56,042 bases of DNA from Gekko japonicus (Eukaryota). Both the position numbers and the translations under genes were made by a program. This document shows, piece after piece, positions 12,726 through 25,555 of this stretch. The stretch covers positions 284,049 to 340,090 of the forward strand of contig NW_015173123.1 of NCBI RefSeq assembly GCF_001447785.1, in the 5' to 3' direction. Position 1 is the stretch's first letter. Every line of letters starts with the position of its first letter. The notes under the pieces are model-generated. The model was not told where the DNA came from, did not search any database, and saw only the letters and a program-made list of their open reading frames with translations.

Positions 12726-13521
12726 TTCCTTCCTTTCTTCCTTCCCACCACCACCATTTAGTTGTTAGTTCCCATCAGGCAACCAGCCTGGAAGCCGACA
12801 GGCCCCCCGGCCCCACAGAGTTTGCAATCTGAAAACTGGCACAAGAAAACCAACTAAGAGAGGTGAAGGATGAACTCGGGAGGGATCGGGGCGCATCCTT
12901 TGCACACAGACTGCTGTTTCTGTAGGGAAGGGGCCACATGCCAGAGGCTTCACGGGAATGGTGGCTTTTGAGGAGCAGCTGGGAGGGAGAGAGAGAAGGG
13001 GCATCCTGCAGGAAGCAGTGCCAGGCCTGGGGGGAAGCAGGGGGGGGGAAGGTGGGGGCGCCGAAGGGGCTGCAGCCGGAAGAGCTGACGGGTGGGGAGA
13101 AGAGACTGGGATATGAGAGCAGAGGGAGAAGCGGGGGAGGGCTGGGCTTTGTTGCAGGTCAACTGCGGAGGAGCCGTGGCTCAGGGGCAGAGCATCTGCT
13201 TGGCATGCAGAAGCCTCCTGGCTCAAACCCCAACGGCATCGCCTGTTCAAATGACCTTACGGGCTGGGAAAAATCTCTTCCTGCGCAAGACTCTGGAGAG
13301 CAGCGGCCAGTCAGAGCACACATTTCTGGCTCCAGGGAGCAAAAGCCTGACTCAGCATAAGACAGTTTTGCACGGCTTTGACAGATTTTGTGTGCTGCCA
13401 TGCGCATCTGGTTACAAACAGGATGGGGGGGAGAGACAAGCGTTTCTCTCCCCCCCCAATCCCATTTTAACCACATGCTCGTGGCAGCAAGGAAAGACCC
13501 GCTTACCAGCCTGGCGCTCAC

Positions 13522-13735
13522 CTTCCTTGTCAGAGAGGACCTCCATCCTGCCGCTGAACATGGCCTTCAGCATGGTGTCGTGCCGCGTCAGCACAGGCAC
13601 GGTGGTGTAGTACAGGGAGCCGCCCACGTTGAGGCGCAGGTATTTGCTGCCCGGGCTGCCAGCTTTGACACTGCCGCTCCTGGGCTTGGCTCCCGGCAGG
13701 GGGTGGGCGGTGGTCAGGCAGGTGTCCCCGGACAT
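13522..13735 (-). CDS. TNFAIP1: TNFAIP1 coding exon 1 (start codon)
   Basis: ATG at 13735; [71 protein letters not shown](G); donor gtgagc; probable 5' UTR acceptor near 13871. Confidence 0.96.
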
Positions 13736-15696
13736 CTCCTTCTGCAGGTAGATGATGACTCTGCAGAGGGTGGGCTTGGCGGACTCCGCCGTGGTTGGAG
13801 GCGAGGCACGAGGGGTCACGGGCTGGGCAAGGGTGGCAACAGGACGCTTGTCAGCTGCTGGTTCCTGGGGGCTACAAACAACACAGACGGTTAGGAAACA
13901 GAAGAGCAGGCCCACCAGATCAGACCCCAAACCCGTCTGGGCCAGCCAAGGGACTCCAGGCAGGGATGCGGGTTTTAAGCGGGATATTTTCCAGAGCCTG
14001 AAACAGCAGGTCACCTGATCTAGCAGGCTTGTATTTATGGAAAAAACCAAGTGGGCAGCTGTGTTAGGCCATAGCAACAACACTTGCTACAGCATAAGCT
14101 CGTGTGAGTCACAGCTAGGGTTGCCAGGAACTGGTGGGAGGTAGTGCAGGGATATGTGAATTGCTGTTGCTCTGATGGCATGATGTCACTTCGTGCACAA
14201 GGCCATGCAACTCTATGGATTTACCATAGAGTTTTCAATGGAATCCTACAGCAGCCCCCTGACATGACGACACTCCTCCCAGCTCCACTCCAGAAGCAAT
14301 GCTGTGCCACTGGAACAACAGCAGTTTTCCCCGCCGCCCTACGGGACGGCACCGGGGAACTGGGGCTGCCGGGATCAGGTTCTCCCACTTTGGCAGCCCT
14401 CCTCAGAGCCCGCTCCATTAGAAGCACTGGAAGATAAGTCCATAAATACCCTTCTCCTGCCTTTCCATCATTTATAGAAACTGGCCTGAGGGATTGAGAA
14501 CTCCAGTGCATCTGATGAAGTGGACTCTGATTCACACTGGGATATATTTGTTGACTCTCAAGGTGCCCCTGGACTCTTACAGGGGAGGGGGTGAGGAGCA
14601 AAAGACACTGAAAATGGTTGGTGGCCTATTTCTAGACAGGAGATGGTTGCCCAGTCATCTGCTCCATCAGAATTTAACTCCCTTCCAGGGAGGAAACCGA
14701 GGCACCTCACTTTCACTGCCACGCTCCTAGGTGTCGCTTGCGTGACCTGTTAGCTTCCTACCAGGCTGAGACAAATCTGATTCAGAAGAATGTGAAACAC
14801 ATTTTCTTTTGCTACAGGCTGGCTTTACCCATGACTCGAGAGCAAGCTATCTCAATCCAGTGTCTTCACTAATTGCGCTTCATGCCTTCTATTAAGACCA
14901 AGCAAAACGACAGAGAGCTGTCGTGCACGCTTCCCAACTCAGAGGCCTGCACGCTGCCGGGTATCCTTGGGGCCGGTCCTAATGAAGAGGCTGGCGCGGA
15001 GTCTGTCCTCGCTTTGGGAGTCTGGGCTGGCTCCACCGTGAAGAACTCGCCTGTGACTGACTGAGGGAAACAGGAACAAGTTTAGTGGCACGGTCATTTC
15101 CTAATCTATTCCTCTTGCTTGCCCTGAGTCTCCCAGTTCTGTTCCCAGGAGTCTTGTACAAATATTTCCAGCAAGATGTTGCTCTGCTAAATCAACCACA
15201 GTTCTGGCTTTGCTTTCACTTGTCGTCAGAGATCAAATCAGAATTTTAGCTTGGTTGTGATTGGACTGGCATGGCCAGCCAGGTGAATTCATAATCTGAG
15301 TTTTTATTTAGACTGTTATGTGTATTGTGGTTTTATTCCCCCCCCCCAATATGCTCTCTCTCACAATTCCTTGAGGTTATCACCTGAAAAATATTAATTA
15401 CAGCTTTGAAACTGCCAAGCTTGCTCAATATTACATGGACACTGACAAGCCCAGGAAACGTGAGGAAACAAGAGCACTATGCAAAAAAATTATGCTTTGA
15501 GGGAAGAAACATGATGGTCAGAACAAATGAGTAATAACCGCCACCTGCAGCTTTAGATGCTAATCACCTAAAGAAGAAACCAACAATGCCTTCTCAAGGG
15601 ATCACACCTTTCCACGGGGTGGGGATATCTACTGACTCTCTGCCTGGATAATGGAGGGCACCTTTTTAGCTGACTGTAAGGCTTCTGAACCAATTA

Positions 15697-15905
15697 GCCA
15701 GTGTAGTCTAGGGGTAGAGTCTCAGACTATGATCTGAAAGACCCAGGTTCGAATCCCCACTCTGCCATGGAACCTTACAGGGTGACCTTGGGCCGGTTAC
15801 ATACTCTCGGCCTAACTTACCCCACAGAGCTGTTGTGAGGATAAAATGAGGGAAGGGAGAACCACACATGTTGCCCCAAGGGGCCTTGGCAGAAGGGCAG
15901 GATTA
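15697..15905 (+). mobile_element. tRNA-derived SINE (Squam-type, older copy)
   Basis: A/B-box-like head agccagtgtagtctaggggtagag...ccaggttcgaatcccc; body gtgaccttgggcc...ctgttgtgaggataaaa. Confidence 0.6.
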
Positions 15906-16231
15906 AAAAAGAATGCCCTCCGTAAGACAGGGAAACACCGCAGCACTTCATTGACTCAGAATGCTTATTTGCTTCATTCTCCAAGCAGTGTTCGAATCGG
16001 AGCGGCTTACAGTAACTTCCAAACGAAAAGCCATACCGGTAGTAGTTTAAAAAAACAGCAGCAGCAAAACAAAACAGCCGCTCAGAAAAGAACCGGAGCT
16101 AGAGCAGCTAATCAAATTAAACAGCACAATAAAGGGGATAAATAAAATCACACCATTCACAAAGGCTTGCGCAAATACAAAAGGTTTTGACCTGGTGCCT
16201 AAACCCTTAAAAAAAACAGGCCCCTGGACCA

Positions 16232-16332
16232 ACACTTGTCAGGCTGCTCTAGGCTGATCCTGCACTGAGCAGAGGGGGCTGGACTAGATGGCCTGGATGG
16301 CCCCTTCCAGCTCTGTGTGATTCTAAGATTCT
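16232..16332 (+). mobile_element. CR1 3' end fragment
   Basis: ggctgatcctgcactgagcag...ggactagatggcc...ccccttccagctct...gattctaagattct tail; same family as 27984-29085. Confidence 0.7.
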
Positions 16333-16417
16333 CAATGTGCTCCAGAGCCGAGGGGCCAACACTGGAAAGACCCCTCTCTCCGCCCCCCACCTGTGGGCAT
16401 ATACAGAGATGGGCCTT

Positions 16418-16695
16418 GAGAGCCAGTATGGTGTAGTGGTTAAGTGTGCGGACTCTAATCTGGGAGAACCGGGTTTGATTCCCCACTCCTCCACGTGCAC
16501 CTGCTGATGTGACCTTGGGTCAGCCACAAGCTCTGGCACAGCTGTCCTTGAAAAAGAGCCGTTTGTGTCAGAGTTCTCTCAGCCCCACCTACCTCACAGG
16601 GTGTCTGTTGTGGGGAGGGGAAGGAGTTTGTAAGTCGCTCTGAGACTCCAAGTGAAGGGCGGGGTATAAATCCAATCTCTTCTCTTCTTCTTCTT
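16418..16695 (+). mobile_element. Squam3-type tRNA SINE
   Basis: Head gagagccagtatggtgtagtggttaag...ccgggtttgattcccc and (CTT)n tail; highly similar to the copies at 30212 and 49745. Confidence 0.8.
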
Positions 16696-17894
16696 AGGTA
16701 CCAGTGTAAACTCAGCAGGCAAGCTGATAAGGAGCAGGTGGTTCTGCAGGTAGCCCAGGACTTGGCCGCTTAGGGCTTAATGAAAGTAAGACTTTCAGTT
16801 GTGCCTAGCACCCAGTTTGGTTCTTTTAAAATGGACAGAGTATGCCACATTCCGCATCATCTGAAATGTGGGGGAAGACAACCCGGTGCTTTCCGAGAGC
16901 CCCCTGCGCGTCAGAGTGCTGCAGCCACGAGAACCACCGAGCTGCTCCTTGGAGGAGACCCACGTTGTCCACTGGTTCACTGCACTGCCAAAGAGGGGCA
17001 GGGATTTGGGGGCTGTTCTCAGCCCTCCAGGATGACGTGATGGGTCTGACTCAGACTACCCCACACAATAGAAGCACTTCCTCCACTTCCCCCTCATCCG
17101 GGCTTCATGCTTTGTGCTGGGCTTTCAACTGGAAATACCCACCGGCTTAGCAGTGTTTCTATTTCCAACACCACAGCACAGATAGCCTAACCTGGTGCGC
17201 AGAAGCTATTCCGGGACAGGCGTGTGCAGCCGGCCAGTGAAACGGTCCGAGGGCCAGGAAACGCAAAGGCCACCCCCCCCAGGGGACGAGGGACAGGAAG
17301 CAGAGGTTCTCCAGCCTCTTGGATCTTACATCAGCTGAAGAACGCAGGTCCCACCATGACAGAAACATACAGCCCACTTTTCCAAGAAGGCCATGTACTC
17401 ATTTACAGGCATTGTGTTGATACATGAACCATTTCTGGAAAACTATAGGGCATATTAAAAAGGTTGCTACTAGCATGTCAGGTCACAGACGGATAACCCG
17501 TGGCAGGTCCCTCAGGTCTGGAGGGATTGAGGGAGAGCAAATTCGTAGGAGCTGCTATGAAGCCCCTGTGTCTTTCCAGTGGAGGACCACCGGTATAAAG
17601 ACCCTGCTCCATTTCTGGCATGTGTTTCACAACCGGAGTAGAACCACTGAGAGTTGGTGCATGTATCAGCCCTGGATCCGGGAGACCCAGGTTCAAACCA
17701 TCACTCAGACAACAAAGCTCACTGGGACAACCCCTCAGCCCAAGCAACCTCTCAGGCTGCTGTGTGAAAAAAGCAGAAGGGGAAACCACGGGGGAAGGGC
17801 AGGAGACAAATGGGGTCCCCCTGCACAGCCTGCTCCCCACCCCACTCGCAGGTGCCTGGCTGATCACAAGGCACCCTCTCTCTTGGCTAGCAGG

Positions 17895-17975
17895 CAGGGG
17901 CTGTGGCTCAGTGGCAGAGCATCTGTACTGCATGCCGAAGGCCCCGGATTCCATCCTCAGTACCTCCAGTTAAGA
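17895..17975 (+). mobile_element. tRNA-derived SINE head (similar copies near 13170 and 34095)
   Basis: ggggctgtggctcagtggcagagcatct...cccggattccatcctcagtacctcca; decayed cloverleaf. Confidence 0.55.
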
Positions 17976-18309
17976 GGACCGGGTAGAAAGACCTTGGCAG
18001 AAGAACCCGGAGACCCACCGCCAGCCAGAGTAGGCAGTACAGGCCAAGGGCAACAGAGGGAAGCTTCAGGTGCGCCACTCCAGTGCAACACACACTCCGT
18101 GGAGCTCTGCTCTTTCAAAAGGCCTGCAGCTCCAGCAGCATGTCTGCTCTTCTTCTGGAGCCTCAAGGCGGCCAGAGGCAGGAACCTGAGCAGTTTGTCT
18201 CCCAGGACAAGGGGCACGCGGTGGGCGTCCTCTCCTACAGCCCCCCAGACATTAAGAGTTGTCAAGGCATCCAAAGTTGGGAGCCGGGGACTCAACTGAG
18301 AGGGTGGGG

Positions 18310-18490
18310 CAGCATGGCATACAGCCCGATCTCATCAGATCTCAGATGCTAAGCAGGGTCGTACTTGGAAGGGAGACCACCAAGGAAGACTTCACAGAGG
18401 AAGGCAGTGGGAAAGCACCCTTGCATCTCGCTTGCCTTGAAAGCTCCTTGCTGGGGTCTCCATAAGTCGGATGCAACTTGACAGCACTTT
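18310..18490 (+). mobile_element. 5S rRNA-derived SINE
   Basis: cagcccgatctcatcagatctcagatgctaagcagggtcgtacttggaagggagaccacc followed by the family tail. Confidence 0.65.
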
Positions 18491-18954
18491 ACACATGTGC
18501 GCGCGGACACACACACACAGGGACTCAGTCAACTGGAACATAGGCTGGAAAACATGAATTCCGTGTAAAGCAGTAGCATTCCCTGCTTGGAAATGAACAC
18601 AAGGTTATGATTGAAACGCCTCATCATAAAACTGATGGCGTGACAACACTTCGTGCTTTGTGCTGGGCTTTCAACTGAAAATACCCACCGGCTTAGCAGC
18701 GCTTCTATTTCCAACACCACAGCACAGATATAGCCTAACCTAGTGCGCAGAAGCTATTCCGGGACAGGCGTGCCACCGGCCAGTGAAACGGTCTGAGGGC
18801 CGGGGAGCGCAAAGGTCACCCCCCCAGGGGACGAGGGACAGGAAGCAGAGGTTCTCCAGCCTCTTGGATCTTACATCAGTCAAAGAACGCAGGTCCCACC
18901 ATGACAGAAACATACAGCCCACTTTTCCAACCCCTATTCCAAAATGTAGAAGCT

Positions 18955-21900
18955 GACAGCAGCAGGGAAGGAGGGCGGGTGGTGTGAATGCACAGATGAC
19001 CACTCGAAGATCACCAGTTACTGGTAAGCAACCTGCTTATCTTCGACGTGGTCTCTGTGCTTCACACCCATGGGAGATTAGCGAGCAGTGGCCTACCTGG
19101 AGGAGGGTGCTGGCAGGTCCTTTACTGCGTAGCCGAAGATAGAATGTGACGGCCCATGCTGGTATTGGTGTTCATACGGACGTCTAGGGCGTAGTGCCTG
19201 ATGAAGGTGTTAGGCGTGGCCCACGTAGCAGCTTTGCAAATGTCCATCAGTGGCACTCCCTGGAGGAAGGCAGTGGAAGTCGCAACAACCCTGGTCGAAT
19301 GAGCCCTGATAGGGCCAGGCAATGGCTGTTTGGCGATCAGGTAACATAGACGGATGAGACCCACAATCCACTTTGACAGGCGCTGAGCTGTGATGCGAGT
19401 ACCCAGCTGTGCTGATGCGTAAGAGACAAACAGTTGTGAGTCTCATCTCGTTGGGTGTGTTCTACTGAGGTAGAACAGGAGAGCCCGCTTCACATCTAAA
19501 GTGTGTAATAGTTTGTCTTCTGGTGATGTTGAATTTGGGGGAAAATTAGGGAGGAAGACCTCTGCCTGCAGGTGGAACTCTGACATCACCTTCGGCAGGA
19601 AGGAGATGTCCGGGACGAGGCGGACTCCGTCCGGGACGAGGCGGACTCCGTCCGGGACGAGGCGGACTCCGTCCGGCAAAAACGACAGGTAAGGTGTATT
19701 GTGCTGGAAAGCCAATATTTCTCCCACTCGTCTAGCTGATGTGACAGCAATTAAAAAGGCCGTTTTCCGTGCTAGAAGTTTGAGGTCGCATGTTGCAAGG
19801 GGTTCAAAGGGCTTCCTTGTGAGCTGGCGGAGAACTAGAGGAAGGTCCCAGGGAGCGACTGGAGTTTTCACAGGAGGATAGAGATGCAATAAACCTTTTT
19901 TAAAAGTTTTGAAATCGGATGGGAAAACAAAGTGCATTCGTCAACTGGAACATGGTAGGCCGAAAGAGCGGCCAAATAAACTCTCAACGATGAATGGGAA
20001 AGTCCCGAGTCAGCTAGGGAGAGGAGGAATTGGAAAACTCTTTCGAGACCCACTGAGGTGGCTTGAGGAGTGTCATCACCAAGGGAAGAACAGAACCTTC
20101 GCCATTTATAATTGTAGGACCTCCGCGTAGTAGGTTTCCTAGAGTTCAAGAGAACGTTCACTACGCGGGTGAAGTCGGTTACATTATTCTCCATGCCGTC
20201 AGTTTCAGTTGTAGTATGTCGTGATGTAGGAGGGGGGAGTCAGAGAGGAGGAGGAGGTCTTGAGCCAGAGGAAATTGATGGTATATCACTTCTGATAACT
20301 CGAGGACTGTTGAAAACCAAGGTTGTCTCGGCCACCATGGGGTTATTAAGATGCAGTCCGCGGCGTCTCTGAGTATTTTGCGGACCACTCTCAGAAGCAG
20401 AGGTAAGGGAGGGAATAGGTAAAGAAGTCCCGTGGACCAAGGGAAAAGGAGACCGTCTCCCAGAGATTGTGGGTCCCTGCCTCCTCGACTGCAGAACAGA
20501 GGACACTTTTTGTTGTTTTTGGTGGCAAAGACATCGACTTGGGGAGCTCCCCACTTGTGGAAGAGTGGGAGGAGGTATGCTGGGTTCATCCCCCACTCGT
20601 GAAGGCTGAGTCCTGCTCGACTTAGATGGTCTGCCTGCACGTTCATGTGTCCGGGAATGTGAGTGGCTGCGAGGAAAATGTTGTTGGCGATGCAAAGCTC
20701 CCACAACTGGACGGCAAGGTTGCAGAGGTGTAGAGAAACAGTGTTTCCCTGTCTGTTGACATAAGAAAGGGCCGTGGTGTTGTCCGTGAGGACCGTGACA
20801 CATTTTCCCTTGATTAAAGGTAGGAAGCTGGTGACAGCGTGTTGTATAGCCAGGAATTTGAGGAAGTTTATGTGTCACTTCCTCATCTGCGCGTCCCATT
20901 TGTCTCCAACGGAATGGCCCATGGAGTGTGCACCCCATCCTGTCAAGGAAGCATCTGTCATTATGGTGACTTCGGGTGACGGAGGATGGAAGGGTGCTCC
21001 CTGGAGGATATTCGAAGGGGCAGTCCACCAAAGTCTCGTAAGCTGGGAAGAGGGGATAGGAGGACGATGTTTGCGTTTTTCGACAGATCGTAGTTGCGGA
21101 TAAACCAGAGCTGTAAAGGGCGCATTTTGAGTCTAGCAAAGACAAGAACCGACGTAGTTGCAGCCATCAGGCCAAGCAGCCTCTGAATTTGGAAGGCAGT
21201 GATGGAGGGTTGGGTACGGACAACGGTGGCTAAGGAAATGATATCTGCCGCCCTGTTGTGGGGCAGGTAAGCCATGCATGTCGTGGAATCCAGTATAGCA
21301 CCAATGTACTGTATTCTCTGGACCGGGCAGGATTGAGACTTTTGTTGATTGACCTGTAGGCCTAGATTCTCCAATAGTGCCAGAGTCTCTGTGATGTTTG
21401 AGACCAGGGCGTTCTTGGAAGGCGCTACCAGAAGCCAATCGTCGATATATGGGTAGATGGAGACACCCCGGAGATGGAGGAAGGCTGCAACCACAATCAT
21501 AGTCTTTGTGAAGACTCTTGGGGCGCTGGACAGGCCGAATGGAAGGGCCGTATACTGGTAATGATGTTGACTAATTGCAAAATATTGGCGGTGGGCGGGG
21601 TGGATGGTAAGGTGGAAGTACGCGTCATGGAGGTCGAGGGTGGCCATCCAGACGTGTCTCCGAAGCAATAGCATGATCTGTTGTAGAGACACCATGCGGA
21701 AGTGGTGGTAGGTCACAAAACGGTTCAGTTCCCTTAGATCTAATATGGGTTGAACGCCTCCATCTTGCTTCGGGACTGTGAAGTACCGGGAATAAAACCC
21801 CGTCCCGTGGAGATGTGGTGGTACATGTTTGATGTCTCCCTTCTGCAGAAGGACGGACACCTCCTCTAGGAGAGGTGGGGAAGGGTGTGTGGAGACGATG

Positions 21901-24449
21901 ACAGGAGTATTGGGGTTCTGGTGCAACTGGATTTGGTAGCCTCGGGTCAAGACGGATAGCACCCACTCGTCCGAGGTGATGTGACGCCAAGTGTGAAGAA
22001 AAGGTGACAAGACAGGTTTGAGCTGACTCGGTGACTGGGAAATCAAAAACCCTGCTTGGAGGGTTTGGTTTGTTTGGTGCGGGAAGATTGTTGCCTGGAA
22101 CCGAATCTTGGTTTCTGGAAGGTGGATTTTTGGCCTCCCGAAGATGTTCACGGTCTCCATTGTGCGTCCGGAGACTGACGAGTTGGGGTACGCCTCTGCC
22201 AGGATCTGAACCAGGTGCAGGACGGTATGGTTGCCTCGCAGAGGATGACACTCCTAGAGCTCGAGAAGTTTTTATTGCTTTTATCTAATTCCTGTAAAGT
22301 AGAATCAGTAGTGGCATTGAAAAGTCCCAGGCCATCAAATGGAAGGTTTTCCACATAAGATCTAGTATCCATAGGCAGATTAGTATTGCGGAGCCAGGAA
22401 TGTCTCCTGAGAGCTATTGCAGAGGCCATCGTTCTGGAGGATGCCTCAAGGACATGCTTAGTAGTGTTGAGCTGTTGTTTTGCCAACACCATGCCTTCCT
22501 TTTGGATGACTCTGGCTGCCTGGAGTTTGTCTTCTGGGAGGTGGGCCAGAAGTTCGGAGAACCNNNNNNNNNNNNNNNNNNNNNNNNNNNNNNNNNNNNN
22601 NNNNNNNNNNNNNNNNNNNNNNNNNNNNNNNNNNNNNNNNNNNNNNNNNNNNNNNNNNNNNNNNNNNNNNNNNNNNNNNNNNNNNNNNNNNNNNNNNNNN
22701 NNNNNNNNNNNNNNNNNNNNNNNNNNNNNNNNNNNNNNNNNNNNNNNNNNNNNNNNNNNNNNNNNNNNNNNNNNNNNNNNNNNNNNNNNNNNNNNNNNNN
22801 NNNNNNNNNNNNNNNNNNNNNNNNNNNNNNNNNNNNNNNNNNNNNNNNNNNNNNNNNNNNNNNNNNNNNNNNNNNNNNNNNNNNNNNNNNNNNNNNNNNN
22901 NNNNNNNNNNNNNNNNNNNNNNNNNNNNNNNNNNNNNNNNNNNNNNNNNNNNNNNNNNNNNNNNNNNNNNNNNNNNNNNNNNNNNNNNNNNNNNNNNNNN
23001 NNNNNNNNNNNNNNNNNNNNNNNNNNNNNNNNNNNNNNNNNNNNNNNNNNNNNNNNNNNNNNNNNNNNNNNNNNNNNNNNNNNNNNNNNNNNNNNNNNNN
23101 NNNNNNNNNNCCAGGGTCTCCGTGATGTTTGAGACCAGGGCATTCTTGGACGGCGCTACCAGAAGCCAATCGTCTATGTATGGATAGATGGAAACTCCCC
23201 AGAGACGGAGGAAAGCCGCAACCACAATCATAGTCTTTGTGAAGACCCTTGGGGCGCTGGATAGGCCGAATGGAAGGGCCGTATATTGGTAGTGCTGTTG
23301 ACCAATCGCAAAGCGTAGGTATTGGCGGTGGAAGGGGTGGATAGTAAAGTGGAAATATGCGTCTTGGAGGTCGAGGGTGGCCATCCAGACGTGTCTCCGA
23401 AGCAATGGCATGATCTGTTGTAGGGATACCATGCGGAAGTGGTGGTAGGTCACAAAACGGTTCAGTTCCCTTAGATCTAATATGGGTCGAACGCCTCCAT
23501 CTCTCTTCGGGACTGTGAAGTATCGGGAATAAAATCCCGTCCCTTGGAGGTGTGGTGGTACCTGTTCGATGGCTCCCTTCTGCAGAAGGACGGACACCTC
23601 CTCGAGGAGAGGTGGGGAAAGGGGCTTGGAGACAACGACAGGAATATTGGGGTTCTGGTGGAACTGAATTTTGTAACCTCGGGTCAAGATGGACAACACC
23701 CACTCGTCCGAGGTGATGAGACACCAGGCATGAAGAAAGGGAAACAGATGGGTAGGAGCTGACTTGGTGACAGGGAAGTCATAAACCCAGCTTGGAGGGT
23801 TTCGACTGTTTGGTGCGGAAAGCTTGTTGGCCTGAACTGATTTTTGGTTTCTGAAAAGCAGGTCTTTGGCCTCCCAAAGACACTTGTGGTCTCCATCGTG
23901 TGTCTGGAGACTGATGAGTTGGTATATGCCTCTGCCAGGACCTCGACCAGGTGCGGGAACGGTATTGTTGTTTTGCAGAGGAAGAGACTTCTAGAGCTCG
24001 AGAAGCTTTTATGCTTTTGTCTAACTCTTGTAGAGTAGTATCTGTGGTAGCATTGAAAAGCCCCAGGCCATCAAAAGGGAGATCTTCTAAGATCTAGTAT
24101 CTATCGGGAGATTAGTGTTGCGGAGCCAGGAATGTCTTCTGAGAGCTATTGCAGAAGCCATTGTCCTTGAAGACGCCTCGAGGACATGTTTAGTAGTGTT
24201 GAGCTGTGAGGTTGAGCTAACAGCGAACCGATCAGACTGATGAAGAAGAGGTCTACTCAACGCGGCGGTAAGAAAGGAACTGGTGGGATGTCCGCACCCA
24301 CCCCTCTAGGCATGCAGGGTGGGGTTCCTGCGCATGCCTGAGGGACTGGGCGTGAAAATCCGTTAAAAGAGCTTGCTACAGCACCGATCGATCCAGCGCG
24401 TGCGCACTAGATCCCATGGGTGTGAAGCACAGAGACCAGGTCGAAGATC
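18955..24449 (-). mobile_element. DIRS1-type tyrosine-recombinase retrotransposon (gag, RT/RNaseH/MT, YR), frameshifted; gag-RT region present twice across an N-gap
   Basis: YR at 19122-20194 (TSARRVGE, RAHSTR, TFIRHY); RH/MT at 20179-20706 (HIPGHMNVQADHLSR, YLFPP, PWWPRQPW); RT at 20961-22160 and 23111-23699 (LDLQDAYFH, ALPFGLSSAPRVF, YPYIDDWL); terminal sequence at 24412-24449 is the reverse complement of 19038-19075. Confidence 0.92.
19608..19676. repeat. 21-bp tandem repeat x3.3 inside the DIRS recombinase
   Basis: (gtccgggacgaggcggactcc)x3; in-frame (PDGVRLV)x3. Confidence 0.95.
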
Positions 24450-25555
24450 CACTGTTCTCCTTATCAGCTGTGAAAATGCCAACAGAAAAAGAGAGAGAGC
24501 AGAAACAGCAGATTCCAGCTGCAACTGAAGAGGCTGTAGCTGGCCAGGGGGGCACGGGGTGCTGGAACAGCTTGTCTGGGAACGACAGGTGGGACATGCC
24601 CTTAAGTGGCTTCATCAACCAAGTACAGTGAGGTCCTGAGTTCTAAGTCACTTGTTCAGTATTTTTTGTAATACAAGGACTCCCACTGGACATCAAGCCA
24701 TCGGAATGAAACTTGGTGAGCACGTTCAGAGCATGATTCTATGTTCCATATTTGAGCATCAACTTAGCACCCACCCACCTGTTTACAAAACAGAAGAAAA
24801 CACAACAACAGTGTCACCTCTGAAGATGCACATCAGGTTTAAAGCTGCAACCTCATGCCCAACTAAAAGGTGCCCCTGATTAGTGGGAGGACACATGTTC
24901 AAGGAAGTGTTAATTATTTTAAATAAACATTTGTAACAACTGCAGACAATCCACGCCAAGAGGGAATGCCTCTTCCTGCTATGACGCGCATGCACCATCT
25001 GTAACAAATGAAGATCTCCTGGTTTATTATGCTATTGTTTTAAACTATTGTTTTAATATGCTAATATATACAGATTAAGTCAATTTAATAATTAAAACTC
25101 ATTTAATTAAACTGATGAAGATTTCTTGACCTGAGTTGTGACAGCCTTCGTTCTTTGGATGACACTGATAAAAATCCATGCATGTGTTCATGCATTTCAA
25201 GCTGCAACCCCAGCTCACCCCTCTCCCACCAATTTCCAAATAGGGGGAGGGAAATCAAAACAGAGTGCAATGGTCCATCCGCAGGAATACCTACTGGACA
25301 GGGTGCTCTACTAGTTTTTCTGCCTCCAACACCTAGATTCCTTCTCTGCCAAGAGTGTTCATCAGCTGCAGCCTGGCAGATTAGTCAAGAAAAGTACCAG
25401 CTTCCCAACACATTCTTAATCATCCCTAGCATGAGACCAGACTAATAGCCACACCCACAAACACCTTTGTATGATAGAAAAAATGCATCTTGACTCTAAC
25501 TAGACCTTCCTGACAACTACACTACATGTAAAGCTTGAGGAAATCTGTTTCAACG

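Larger units (their letters stand above)
17103..18930 (+). repeat. ~280-bp direct duplication (17103-17385 and 18649-18930)
   Basis: Both copies run from cttc(a/g)tgctttgtgctgggctttcaact to catacagcccacttttccaa with few differences. Confidence 0.9.

Noticed and set aside
17895-17975. tRNA gene
   Set aside because: Stems and T-loop are decayed; it is a SINE head.
17424-18299. 291-aa ORF
   Set aside because: It runs through SINE sequence, has no recognisable domain and is antisense within an intron.
18310-18380. 5S rRNA gene
   Set aside because: Truncated, internally deleted and fused to a SINE tail.
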